Made by a program: the position numbers and the translations under genes. DNA of 64,000 nucleotides, from the NCBI RefSeq assembly GCF_964355755.1, contig NC_092674.1, positions 2,728,001-2,792,000 on the forward strand. The letters run 5' to 3'. Under the pieces are notes generated by a model, which was not told the origin of the DNA, searched no databases, and worked only from the letters and a program-made list of their open reading frames with translations. Source of the stretch: Antedon mediterranea. Taxonomy: Eukaryota; Animalia; Echinodermata. This document shows positions 12,689 through 26,500 of the stretch, in pieces; position 1 is the first letter of the stretch, and every line of letters starts with the position of its first letter.

Positions 12689-13661
12689 GAAGAAAAAAAA
12701 TTAAAGACAATTTAAAGAAAAAAAAACCTCAGCTACAGTATTTTTCCAATTGTTACTTTGTTGTTACATAATAACATATATCAATGGACAGTACTTATTA
12801 ATTCCAGTCTGTTTTTATCAAGTACACGGAATATCGTATGCTGTTACAGAAACATCACCACCTGACTTGAGAGAAGCAACACTGCACTGTAAAAAATAAA
12901 AACAATTGGGGAAGTATGGGTTTCATTGCTACATACTGTGCTCTCATTGGTTAATGAGATTAACAAATATTAATATAAAATTAATTAAAAACATTCAGAA
13001 AGTTACTAATCTTGCAGGCAAGTTCTGAAGAAAAGTATAACTACTTATATACAGTAGAATCATTATGTTTAAAGTGCCTGACAGAATATTTTAAATGTCG
13101 TTTTGGTTTTTCTGTGTGTCTATTTTATTTTGATGTTGCCATTAATGGAAAAGGTCGATTTTGATTTTATTTTTGACATTAATGAGGGCCAAAGTGAGAT
13201 GTGTTCACTAAAACCATAGCTGCTGCTGGCAACTTCAGTTAGCCTGTTTCGGTGTGCAAGAAACTATTTTTCCGAGAAGAAATAATTGTATGTAAAATTG
13301 TATTGTATTAAAAGCAAATGGTGTTATTCATTTACGTTTCAATTGTTTTATTTAATTCAAACAACCCTTTAAAAAATGCGCATTATAAGCTGGGACATTG
13401 TATGCTGAAATATTAGTGATAGAAACACGAATATGATAATAATAATGATGAGCAAGACAGTCTTTATCAATAATAAATGAGTTTTTAAGCGATTTAAAAT
13501 GTGTCTGAATAGGCCATTAATTATAGATACACTACAATAATTCACTGTACACTGTATTCATTTTTCTGAAGAGCGCCACCAACGACATGAAGCAAAATAG
13601 TGCAACGCGTACAAAATTATTTTTCTGAAGAGCGCCATCAACAAAATAAGGCAAAGTATAA

Positions 13662-13800
13662 AGCTCTGTCTGCACTATCAAATTAATTTGACAAAAAAAG
13701 TGTGATGTGTCCAAATATGGTAGTGATATGACATCATCATGTCCATATATGGGCACATCACATGTTTTGTCACATCAAATTTGATAGTGTAGACAGAGCT
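13662..13800. mobile_element. MITE family A (Harbinger/PIF-like, ~140-160 bp, palindromic), representative copy
   Basis: TIR AGCTCTGTCT(A/G)CACTATCAAA...TTTGATAGTGTAGACAGAGCT, flanked by TAA on both sides. About 14 full or partial copies near 5646, 8160, 13662, 21935, 22579, 25420, 28075, 29095, 31820, 33420, 33938, 38168, 45144 and 52165. The superfamily is inferred from the 3-bp TWA TSD. Confidence 0.85.
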
Positions 13801-14499
13801 TAACTCATCATTATTTTATTTAATATGACGTCTATTTCCTATTATTGGAGGAGAAATGATAAAAAGTGGATCATAACGGCATCTATAAGTGTAGGACTCA
13901 GTTCTGGTCTATTAATTTGTTATATATTATTATTATTTATGACTATGACAAATTATCCGTATAAATCATATTTATTATTGGAAACTATCTCAGTTCTCTG
14001 TTTAAGCCTGGCCTACTAAAGGCGCCCACTGAAGCATTAATACTGAGGGGTGATGGTAAGGAGGAGGAACATTTATTTCGGAAAAATCGACGTACAACTG
14101 TATGAATATACAATTATATTCTATTTAATCGGATTCTCTGACAACCGACATTTCTTTGTTTTTTTACGAAGACAAATAAAGTTTCTTGTATAATATTATT
14201 CTATATTCCAAAATCAGACTATATATTTTAAACCTGTAACTCTATAACTTAACATTTATCAAAATGACATCGTCAGCTCATATCAATAACGCGTAATCAA
14301 TACATACGACTTGTTCCTTCTCTCATTTTGCCACGCACATGCGCGTTTGTGTTGCAACGTGACTAAGACATAAGACTCATTATTTAACTCACCTCTGAAA
14401 TGTTAAGAAGCACATTTATTATAAATCTGGGGCCTCTAATTTGTTCGTTTTCTGAAAATAGTGATATCGTTAGAATTGCAATTATTGCACGATTTATTT

Positions 14500-14678
14500 A
14501 GAATTTATATACGACTTATTTCAAAGAAGTATCTAAAAATCTTGGTTTGTGAAACTAGGACGCAACGTAGTGCAACGCAAGAAGCAATGGATAATCCATT
14601 GCTTTTGTTGGTTGGCCAAATTACTTGCGTTGCGCTTGCGTTGCGCTTGCGTTGCGTTCTAGAGTGGGACCGAGCTTT
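14500..14678. mobile_element. MITE family C copy (degenerate)
   Basis: CTTGGTT...ACTAGGACGCAACG...CTTGCGTTGCG...CTAGAGTGGGACCGAGCT, similar to 59946-60127. Confidence 0.7.
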
Positions 14679-16489
14679 ATAGTCAATACTACTGCACTAT
14701 CGGATCATGTTGTGCGTGGTTTACGGGGCGCCGTCCGCCGACACAGACACCTATTCTGTCCTACCAATCATGGTTTGTCTTACAAACGGTGTTTTGTTTT
14801 ATAGTAGGCATGTAACTGTAAACAAAAATGGTTTGTAAAAGACAAAACCTTGGTTTGTAAAAGACCTGTGGTTTGTCTTTTTATCAAAAGAAAAACTATT
14901 TCTTTATTAACATTTCATGCCTTTTGAAACACAGACAAACCATAGTTTTAATAATTGTATTATGCCATAGTATTATACTACTGCGTATTACAACATAAAG
15001 AATAGTATTATAGCGTGTTATAATGATAGCGAGTCGTTAATCAAACAGACCAAGTACTCGTCAGTCAAACATTCAGAATTAAACAAGAAATATTTCTTAC
15101 AAAAAACGCTGCTCGAAATTTTAAAATTAATCATTGTTTGTTTCTTCAGATATATTTATGATTACTTATTCAAAAAGATGTTCTTTAATTGAAAAAATAC
15201 ATACAAATCAAAGATAGTTATTTAATTATGATTCACATGCCCATTTAAAAATGGTCAATTTTGAACTTTAATGTGCTGTGTGTGTGTGTTACCTCAACCT
15301 GTTTGCATGCAACTGAATACCCTCTAGAGACAACGTGACTTTACGGCGGTACACCAATGAGAAATTCTTCCCAGTCTGTTGATTCGCGTCAACCAATCAA
15401 AGATTCGCGAGAATCCAATATCGTTCAACTTAACCGTGAGCCCTCATAGACTCTCTTTTCCCAGACGTTTTTTGAGTCCAGCAGCTGGGATCTATAAATT
15501 ATAATTCGAGTTTACAAAGTCGCAAAACTGTCGGCCTTATATACTATAACTGCTGCTTGCTTTAGCTTATGAATGAGTAGTCCTCATGGGACGTAGCTGG
15601 CTAGAGCAGCAGCGTAAAAAACATGGTTCTTTAAAATAAATACATACTACGTAACAGGATAAAAAAAAATGTTGTAGTGAAGTGTGAAATAGGTCGGTAA
15701 ATCAGGGACCACAAAAATGTCAACATGCTTAGTAACTTTCTGTATCTGATGGTATCTCAACTGTCTTACGTCATACATCTTACAATCTCAACATCAGTTT
15801 GTATGGACGTCATGTCATGATATCCAAGCTGTAGAACGCAGTCACGACCGCACGGGAGGCTAATGACTCTTACCATTTGATGTTTCTATATAATCATAAA
15901 GAGTAATCAATTACTAAAGTTCATTTAGCATTCTTAACATTTTAGTTTGTATAGCATGTATTGAGCTCATCAAATTGTGAAATTAAGTGTTGAACTTAAC
16001 CTAGTAATAGGTATCTCTAATGTATTAACGTTTGCATGTTACATCCGAAAATAAATATTAAAGTTGAACATGTTATCGTAAAAAAACAAACTTGCATACC
16101 AACAAGAAGCAAGAAGTATACAGCATACTGCATAGTGTGTTGCACGAAAAGAAGATACGTTTCATACAATTCATCGTCTTGAGAACGAAGGATTTCAAAA
16201 ACGCTACAAAACGGCAGATTATTTAAAAAAAAAAAAAACGATAGAAATCTATATTTGTTTGTTGGAGTTTTTAATCATCAATATTAACAATAACAAGTGA
16301 ACAATAGCCAACTATGTATCTTAGCTTGGTCCATGATGGAATGACGAAAACAGCTGATCAATAATATCAATATCAAATGTTTAAAAATAGTAATAAAGAG
16401 CCATTTACATTACAACAAAATTTTTATAATATGCCATATTAATAAAAATAATTAACAATATCCAGATTTGTACTACTAATAATAATTAA

Positions 16490-16675
16490 TCCCAGGTCAG
16501 TAATATTTTCATCCAGATCAGCAATATTTTTCCCAGGTCAGCAATATTGTCACCCAGGTCAGCAATATTTTTTTCCAGGTCAGCAATAGTTTCATCCAGA
16601 TCAGCAATGTTTTTCCCAGATCAGCTTTAATTTCATCTAGATCATCAATATTTTTCCCAGGTCAGTAATATTTTA
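16490..16675. repeat. 20-21-bp minisatellite (CCAGGTCAGCAATATTTTTC-like), about 9 copies
   Basis: Directly visible tandem repeat. Confidence 0.85.
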
Positions 16676-18200
16676 TTGTTTATTCAAATGTAGCATTTTA
16701 TCCCATAATGTAATTTTTTAAGAAAACATAACACATTATCTCTCTGTTGTTCTCTCAAATTGTTGCTATCATCATTCCCAGGGTACTACTAACATATCTA
16801 GATTTCCTCCTGCTTGAAACAGCTTTAATTTAAAAATTAGTATCTGACAGTAAATATTAAATTGAACTATCGATTTCTTTCTTATTCGCAACTTCCACTT
16901 TGATCTTATCAAATAAATGTGAAGAAACAAAATCACAAATACAAGTGCATTAAAAAGATTGACTTGGCTAAATTCAAAAACGTAAATGATATTTTAGCAA
17001 TACTACTTATTACATAGAAATGAAAATATCACTGGCTTACATTTACCGATTCTAGTTTAACTCTCAAATATATTAATTTTTACAATGTATTAGTCGTTTT
17101 AAAAATTAATATATTTTGTGTTATAATATATTATAACTCTACAAGATATATGTACTTTTGTATATGTAATTTTGGGCCTGGTTAATGTGCAGTCGATCAC
17201 ACTTTTTAGCTGTTATTCTTGTATTCAAGTGCTAATTTGCCTAATTAGTTTATTTTTTCCTCTTAGAGAAACATTTTAACATTTACTACACTAAAGAATA
17301 TAATTAGAAATGGCCAATTACATATTATGGATAGCATTGATACAAATATATGTTGGAAGAACAATAAAACATAACTGAATTGGGAGAAGGGGGGCGGGGG
17401 TGTGGGGGCTGTATGGAAATGAAGTAGTAAAGCAATTGAATAGATTATTCTAATATACAAACAATTAAATCTAATCATTGTCACTTTTTAAGTTCCTGCT
17501 TGAGGAGGGAAGAACATGCTAACTGTAAAAAATTAAACTTTAAAGAAAATTTATCATTTTCATGTTACAGAATGCACAGAATAAAGCTTGGTTGGATGCA
17601 ACGCAACAGTTCATATGAGTCGTTGCTTATGATTGGTGGAAATCACTGTAATTGCGTTAAGCAAGCATGCAAGCATCAACCAATTGCAATCAAGCTTTAA
17701 TGTGCTTTTATTATTAAAATTTTTTTTTTAAATTTTGATGAAAATTGGTTTAATAATCTGGTTTTTTCGTAATGCTATTTGTTAGTTTACTATACAGATA
17801 TAGTTGTTTCAAGTATGTAGTTATAATCGTCCCATTGCACCATTTTGGAAAAACCACATACTCAACTCGACAAAAATATTACATATATCTATTTTGTAAT
17901 TTCAATACTATAGGAGGCAAATTGTAATTTTGTTTTAAAAAGTTAAAAAATAATTAGATGAGTTAGCTCCATTTTTCAAATAAAATAGCTTGTGTATAAA
18001 TGACGCTTAATAATAAGTGTATTATACTTAATAATGCAATTGAGGCTTAACTACAAGTACTTATTCTACTCAAAGCATCTATTAATTATAACTAGTCAAT
18101 TATTTGCTTAATCAAATATTAGATGGCTTAAGTAAATAAAATATTCCTGACATTTATTGTGAAAAATAATCAAATTTTAAATTGTTTTAATGTACTTTAA

Positions 18201-18340
18201 TCTTGGTTCCCACTAAGACGCAACGATGTAAGCACAGCGAGTTGACCAATTACAAGCGAGTGTTTGAATAATTCAACGCTTTGATTTTTACTTGCGTTGC
18301 GCTTACGCCCTTGTGTTGCGTCTTAGTTAGAACCAACCTT
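18201..18340. mobile_element. MITE family C copy
   Basis: CTTGGTTCCCACTAAGACGCAACG...GTTGCGTCTTAGTTAGAACCAACC inverted ends. Confidence 0.75.
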
Positions 18341-18449
18341 TAGCTTTTACCAAATTACTTATTTCAAATTTGGTCTATTCATGCACTCAAATCATAGTAC
18401 TGTACAGTACTGTATGAAGTCTGCATTCACCTTTCTCACTACACTATGC

Positions 18450-18990
18450 ATGTTGTCACCAGTATAAATTGTCACCAACATGTATAAATTACGTCACAAA
18501 CATGAATACACATTGCCATCAACATGTTGAATAAACATTGTCACCAATATGTATAAAAATTGTCACCAACATGCATGCACATTGTCGCCAACATGTATAC
18601 ACATTGTCACCAATATATTATACACATTGTCACCAACATGTATACACAATGTCAATAATGTGTATACACATTGTCACCAATGTACATGCACAATGTCACC
18701 AATGTGTATACACATTGTCACCAACATGTATACACAATGTCACCAACATGTATACACATTGTCACCAATGTACATGCACATTGTCACCAATATATTATAC
18801 ACATTGTCACCAACATGTATACACAATGTCACCAACATGCATGCACATTGTCACCAACATGCATGCACATTGTCACCAACATGTATACACATTGTCACCA
18901 ACAGGTATACACATTGTCACCAATATATGCATACACATTGTCACCAACATGTATAAACCATGTCACTAATGTACATGCACATTGTCACCA
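18450..18990. repeat. 21-24-bp minisatellite (CACATTGTCACCAACATGTATA), about 24 copies
   Basis: Tandem repeat; it explains three overlapping spurious ORFs. Confidence 0.92.
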
Positions 18991-20016
18991 GCATAGGCAT
19001 ACTAAACTGGTTAGTTGGTAATTGAGAGATGCAATATCGACTGCTTCATGTTTGGGACAGAAATCATTTCATGGGACAAGCAGGTATTTACCGACAACAC
19101 TGATTTTTGTTAAGAAAAATAATCTTACTGTTTAATTAAATAATTAACCCATGTGTTACATTTAGTATGATAAATCACTACAACACGTTTCATATTATAA
19201 TTGGAGGGATTCAAACATATTTCATTTTTAAGCAGTCACAAAACTACAGTACTGCAAAATGTTATATTGGTATAGGTTATTCCATTTCTTACATAGGGGT
19301 TATTTACTACCAATTGGAACCGAGACAATGATGTGAATTATTCCATTTACATAAAAGGTGATTATATCAAATTTAATGTGCATAATAATTGTTTCATTTG
19401 TTAGACCAGAAATGTTTGATTATTAATAGGAATCACAGGATTATGTGCAATTATGTGAATCTGGACTATTCCATTTCTTTAATAGGAACAAAATAAATTT
19501 TAAATATTTTATCTTGATTACACATGTAACAAATCAAATATACTTAACAATCAAGAAAATTATAAATAAAAAAAAAACTCTTTTGAGAATTGAATTGCAA
19601 TTTGATTAAATATACAAATCTACAAATCCTGTTTATTTTACTTTAAATGCAAAGTTTTACTTTCAATTTTATTAAACATTGAAGCGTAAGGAAACAATTG
19701 TTCAACCAACGTTTGTTTCATTTGTGAAAATTCTTTGCAGTCACACCAATTATTACAAGTGTACAACTTAAATACAATAGTTTAAAATGTTCCTCGTTTT
19801 TAACTATAGCATTATACTGACGTAGGTAATAATGTAGCGTGTATTCATTTTGTTTATCGTATCATAGGTTGTTTAAAGGGGTTACAAACTGGTTCCATAA
19901 CACCGATTGGACTACATGAAGAAAAAAAAGTATTTTCCTTATGAAAATGCGTTTTTTAATTCAATATGGGTTTAATAAGAGCACCAATGCTTAAATGTTC
20001 ATTTTTGTGAACTTGT

Positions 20017-20577
20017 TTAAGGTTTATGAGTCTGTTGTTGTACCACCTGCTGGTAGTGAATCTGATCCGCCCTCTGTTGTTGAAGCGGTTGTGAAGTCGC
20101 TGAATCCTGACGGATGCTGCTCGTTGAGGGCGCTACTTGGAAGCTTGACGAATCTTGCCTTGGTACCGATTGATACTGATTGTATGTTGGTTGATCAGGT
20201 GTGATCTGCGGTAACTGGTTTTGTTGCTGCGGGATCTGCTGGTTGATGGCGTACGTCTGTTGCATCGGTTGTTTCGGTAGTTGTTGTTGTCCTACCAATG
20301 ACGTGTGCATTGAGCTTTGTTGCATACTCATCTGTGATTGGTGTAAAGACGTTGATTGTTGTACCTCTGAATATTGTTGTTCTGATCTAGCTGGACTGTG
20401 ATGCGTTGACGATGGGTGAGAGTGTTGATGCACTGCCGTCGTTTGTGCTTGTTTTTGTCGTAGTGCATTGTTCTCTCGTTTTAATTTGTTGTTTTCTTCG
20501 GTGAGTACTTTTATTTTCTCTTTTAATTCCAACACCTCCTCACGGACAGCATACAGTAAATGACTTTTGACCAAGTC
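20017..20577 (-). CDS. TSC22D1: TSC22 gene terminal coding exon (TSC box second half, leucine zipper, Gln-rich tail)
   Basis: Acceptor TTTTTGCAG at 20578, then DLVKSHLLYAVREEVLELKEKIKVLTEENNKLKRENNALR...QTHKP*. Confidence 0.95.
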   Translation of the reverse strand, partial: DLVKSHLLYAVREEVLELKEKIKVLTEENNKLKRENNALRQKQAQTTAVHQHSHPSSTHHSPARSEQQYSEVQQSTSLHQSQMSMQQSSMHTSLVGQQQLPKQPMQQTYAINQQIPQQQNQLPQITPDQPTYNQYQSVPRQDSSSFQVAPSTSSIRQDSATSQPLQQQRADQIHYQQVVQQQTHKP

Positions 20578-23500
20578 CTGCAAAAATTAATAAATTAAAT
20601 TAAATTAATATGAATACATATTATATTATTCTGGTCACGCATTACATTTGAGATTGTGGCCGTTTGTTCTCATAAACTAGTATATTGGCGAACTTTAACC
20701 GGTTTGAGAAAAGGTAAAATGTAGAACGTTAGAAAAACCAGAAAATCTGATGTGAACCGGGAAATAACAGGGATTTCCCAATAATCAGGAATTGGCTATT
20801 TTGAAGAAAGCATTGCAGCATACCAGGAAACTTAAAAGCCATCATAATTACTTGACAAGAAGGTTGTGTCTACTATTCAATCATATCCTGTCTGATCCTC
20901 TAATGAATCTACAAAGTCTGACATTAGATTACAAAAACTATTTTAAGTCATTAGTTAGTGTAACTTTTATTTATTTTTCTAATGTTTTAGATGTATATGT
21001 GAACTTTATTCATTCAATCGTACATATTTTACAGTGATTTTTACAAAAAAAATATTAATTGTAAATTATATACAGACAGTGATTATTTACAGTAATGATA
21101 AAAATTAATTGAATTATTTTGACTATTATTGAAAACAGAAGTTGAATAATAAAAAACTGAATAAATACTAGATTTGTACCTAGTATACTACTGTATTCCA
21201 CTTTTAAATTAGAACTTTGCAGAGACACACATGAAAAACGAACATTTATTTTCATGTCGACAGCTAAAATTAAATAAAAAATTACTTTTTGATGCGGACA
21301 AACAATTAATATTTAATGTTAGAACTTCCTTTTGCAAAAAAAAATCCGGATCCGCCTCTGGTATTAAGAAATCAATGAACTAACGCCAAAATGCAGACAT
21401 TGTGATTGACTTCTGAGCTATTTTGAAAGTGCAATATTATTGACTCCAGTACCGAAGCAAATAAAACACAATCATGTGCATAAAAAGATAGTTACATTGT
21501 GTACTGTACGTCGCCAGTCATATCAGATTCACACATGACTAACAATCAATACATAATTGAATAATAAAGGATGATAATTATAATTCATTACAAAAATAAT
21601 AAAGTCAGTTTTTCTAGCCTTGAAAAGGACAGTCAGTCTTTCTCTTTTCCAATTATTTCTATTTTTTTAATTTCCTAATTTGAACTTGAATGTGAAAAAA
21701 ACAAAACAAATGAAGTTGTTGTTAGAAATCCTTTATCATACAATGATAAAATTATCTATTAGTATTTAATGTTCCAAAGTTTATCTGTACTGAAGTTAAA
21801 TGTCAATAATACTACCATACATCCATAGTTCAAGCAACTCTGTAGCCTAAATAACTATAGCCTAAATAACTATAGCCTAATTCTATTTATGTGGTTTAAT
21901 TATTATCAATAAAAATTATATGGGATTATAATGATAAATATGGACACAATGATGTCATATCATTACCATATTTAAGCATATCACTACCATATTTGGGTAC
22001 ATCAAACTTTTTTGTCAAACTAGTTTGATAGTGTAGACAGAGCTTATAGAATAACTCACTGATGATACATGACTCAACAATCCTGGGGTGAAAACTGCTA
22101 CTGTAAAACCCCTATTAGGAGGACACCGACAATGGGACCTTAAATGATTCCCTTAATAAATAAACTAGGGGTGTTCTAAAGAAGGGTACTACCAGGGAGT
22201 TATATTTGTTATACTTTTTTTAATTATGTTTTATTGTGTATTATTATTAATACCTTTTTGTTGAAATTGACTGAATAAATGACATTGCACTTTTTACAAA
22301 GTAGTTTTTAATTTCAAACCTTGAATGTGACAAAGTTTAAAGCTTGTAGAGCTCTTGTACACAAGGATATGGGTCATTAGACCATCATAGGACTGACGTT
22401 GCTAACTTTTTCAGTAATACAGTTCATTTACATAAATAGAGGCCTTCGCTGCAACTTTACTAATTGCAGAATTACTAATTGGGAACATTTAAAGTGCACC
22501 AGGGCTTTGTATCAAGGCTTTTTTAAACATCTGGTTGCTTTGCTTTGGCTAACAGCCAGTATAGCAACAGTGAAGTATAGCTCTGTCTACACTATCAAAC
22601 TAGTTTGACAAAAAAACTTATATCATCAAACTACTGTATGTAAAAAAAAGTGATTGAGAATATCAACACTGACAAAATATCTGAAATGAATTGCCTTGCA
22701 AACTAATGCCTAATCACCTTGCTATAGGAAAGATGTAATAATGATAAGGTCAACCACCTAGAAACGCCTCATCAACAAAACATTCTCAACTAACACTAAT
22801 TTACAAATCCTTCAATATTATTAGGATCTGTCGTCAGCAATAGCTATCAATAATTTAAATTTATATAAGAATTGAAGAGAGTTGTGTAATGTTGAACAAC
22901 GAGAATTTTGATGTTGAAAAAATTACAAAAAGCAATGAAGCATGTCAGAGGATTGTATCTAATTCATGCTATCAAAATTATGATTTTACTTGAGATTCAA
23001 TTCAATTTTATCCAGGGTTTAATAAAATAATTAAGCAACAAGGTTCATGATATTAAGGAGGGGTATTGAACTAACAGTTAATACTATTATGATGGCAGTA
23101 ATTTCAAGGTGACGAATATTGCCAATTAAAAGAAAGAAATTCAAATTGACATTAAACTTGATTTGAAGGCGACACTAATAATTGTGACAATCTTGCAATA
23201 AATAATTAAAGACAACAATTTTGCAATAAATAATTAAAGATTTTGCAAGGTATTCAGGTATTTACTACTATTAGGTGAGGCGTAGAACAATTGCAATAAA
23301 GGTACATACAATGCAAAACATACAGCAGTGACTTGATTGTTCTGAATGAAAGTGACAATTTGTGACAATTTTGCAATAAAGAAAATGCAAAACAATAACA
23401 ATAATAATAATAATAAATGTACAGTATGTACAAAATGTTTTAAATATGATGCATATATGAAACAATCATATAAAGCATTCAATGATTGAAAGTGACATCT

Positions 23501-26500
23501 TTAAAGGAATGATATTTTGAAAGGGGTGACATCTCCAAGTGAAACAGGGTAATGTTTTAGACTAAGGCACACACACACAGGTAACACAACACTTACCAGC
23601 TCTCTCGCACAAACAACTAGTATAGATTCCACTGGCATTTTTGATAATTGCCAAAGCATCAGTATTTTCATTATCACAAATAAATATCATCATCATCGTA
23701 ATATATGAGGTAACTGATGTTTCCTCAGTAATATTGAACACTAAACGCAGAGCTCGATGATCTGTTAAGTTCCCGAGTTGCATCCAGACTGACAGAACGT
23801 TTCCAAAGTATGTACTTATAAGCCCTGGGCCACGAGCACAGAATTTACCTCATTACCGGATCCGCTGCTGGTGTATTCAAATTATGAATACCATTAACAG
23901 TCAGGGATGAATGTTGAACTTGTAAGAGAAACATGACTCCGGTGTTTTGATAGTAAATTAAGTATGCTTCAAGGTATCAACAAGATGATAAATGACCTTG
24001 CATACTAATTACTCTAATGAATATTCATTAGATTGGACAACATACCAATGATGAAAAATAAAATGGCCTATATGAAATGTCAAATGTTAAATGAATCCAT
24101 CCTTCTATGATATTGAAATACATAATGCACAGTGAGGTTTCCACCATTCCCTCAATTTGTCCGTTTGGTTATCCAATTTTGGGGCTATTTTTTATTCATT
24201 TGGCAAACCTAGGGTTAAAACACGGAATATGTAACACTATAACTAACCCTTATTCAGGGGACACCCTTATTAAGTGGTCAATTTGGAGGGTCCTGAAGGT
24301 GTTCTCTTAATAGGAGTTGTACAGTAGTTGCAATTTAATACATGTTTGCCATACTTTTCAGTATCTATTTTCTGATAAAATCCAATCTTTATCTAATCGG
24401 CCGTGAAATAAAGAAGAAATATTGAAACGTGTAGGTGCTATGAAGCTATAGCTAGATTTCTTGATAGATTTCAAAATTACACTTTTTTTTCCATATCAAA
24501 TATCTGTTTAATATTATCCATCTATGCCTGTATCAACATCATTGGATACCACAACTCACCAATTACTGATGAACGCAAGTATCTGACCTTTAAACGAGCT
24601 TGGCACGCGACATGTCAAACAAGAACGGAATTCCTAGATCTATTTAATATATTAATAATATTAGTTTTCTAAATGAATTAAGATTATGAGTAACTGGAAA
24701 TGTCATACAATTTTGAATTCATTTAAAAAAGTAAATATAAATTCAATTTAATATATTGAATGATGGATGATGCACCAACTAGGCAATCAATAAATCCAAT
24801 TATTAAATGACTATTCTAAATTTAAATTTCATCAAAATAAAAAATGGTACTTTTACATATTAAAATTAATGGTATATAAAATAAAGCTGCTAGTGTACTG
24901 AATCACTGTAGAGAAAGTTCCATATAATTATATATCAAATAACAATTTTACGATTACTATATTTCAGTTTGCATTTGACAGTATCAACAAAATGCAATAC
25001 TCTAGTGTACTGTAAACGAAGATTCTCTAGTTTCTTTATCTTGAAATATTAAATTTTAAATTTGCTATATCGTAAACTGTCCATTTTAAATACCATAGTA
25101 TTTTAAAACTGTTCATTGTAAATGATGTATCATAAACTGCTCATGTAAATATATATCTTAAACTGTTTAGGCTTAAATGCAATTTGCAATAACACTTTAT
25201 ATGCTATAACTTCTTTTTTTATGACATGTTTTAAAATTCTTTGAGAAGACTAGAAACCAGCACTGTGGTGTACTGTACTGTAGGCTGCCTTTAAAAGTGA
25301 ATCACAGATATGAGATACTCCATACACATAAAAAACTGTAAACTTCTCAATGTTGGACATTTGAAGAAAACTTTGAAAAAAATAAATGATGGCATGTTTT
25401 AAATTCATCACTGTAAAAATCTGACAACACTATCACACTTTATGTGACAAAAAAAATGTGATTTACTACCATAAATAAGCATATCACCACCATATTTGGG
25501 CAGATCACACTTTTCTTGTCAAACTAGTTTGATAGTCTGGACAGAGCTTTAGTCAAAACTTGAAAGGAAATTTCGGAAATAAAAGATGAATTGAAATTGG
25601 AAACAGGTCAATTTCTAAATTTCGTGATTATTATAAAATTTATAATTATTTGATTAAATAACAATCATTCCAATAACAAAAGGGACAAATCATTGTATGA
25701 ATCATTATTGATTAGAGGGTTGTTTTTATCATTTTGTGATTAGTTATCAAAAATTGGGTGGAGTTGGAGACCAACTGACTGACAAACATTACCAGTCTAT
25801 TGATTTTTAATGAAAACAAACGTACATGTTTAACACGTTCCTACGTCAAATTCGTGAGATCGTTGAACCTCAAATCTATTTTCGTTTTCTATGAGGAGAA
25901 TCGAGTAGCTGTAAGTATGTACACTGCCTCTTATTATTTCAATTAAGGTTAGTTATTACACATTAGGCGTTACTTCATATTTGAAATCTTATTATAGGGA
26001 TATACTTTATAGAATTTTATTTCTTAATGTTTTTGCTAAAATATTCAGTTTCAGGGGGAGTGTAAAGGCCCAAGTCCCAATAGAATTGGACTTAAAGTAA
26101 ATAAACAGTTTAATTCAAATATATATTTTTGAGGCTTAAATTTCTGGTCCCAAATAACCATTTAATTTTGGCAAAAAACCAAAAACAGGACCTATATAAT
26201 ATAATTTAATTTGTTCTAAAAAAAAATTCTAAAAACAGAAATAATTTAAAAGCAGTAAAATTGACTGACCTTTTACAAATTGACAGATTACTGTAATGAA
26301 CATCCTAGTAGATTTGAAGATGATGCTAATATATCTTCAAGAATCAATTTATTTTTCACACACATGAGCGTTAATGGTCACAAATCATCATGATAGTCAG
26401 ATTACTCTCATTAATTGGAACTATTTGTTTGAAATATTATTATTTGTTAATGTTTTTCTCATTAAAAAATTAGGATAATTTTTTATGCTGGTAGTTTTAA

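Noticed and set aside
15550-15612. Hairpin considered as a SECIS element or hammerhead ribozyme
   Set aside because: It lacks the SECIS apical AA with a correctly spaced GA quartet and the CUGAUGA/GAAA hammerhead core. No in-frame TGA selenoprotein lies nearby.
18538-19021. Three overlapping His/Cys/Thr-rich ORFs of 116-143 aa
   Set aside because: They are translations of a 22-bp minisatellite open in all frames, with no splice context or homology.
19995-20401. Plus-strand ORFs antisense to the TSC22 terminal exon (also 56258-56518)
   Set aside because: They are shadow ORFs of Gln/Ser-rich coding sequence on the other strand.
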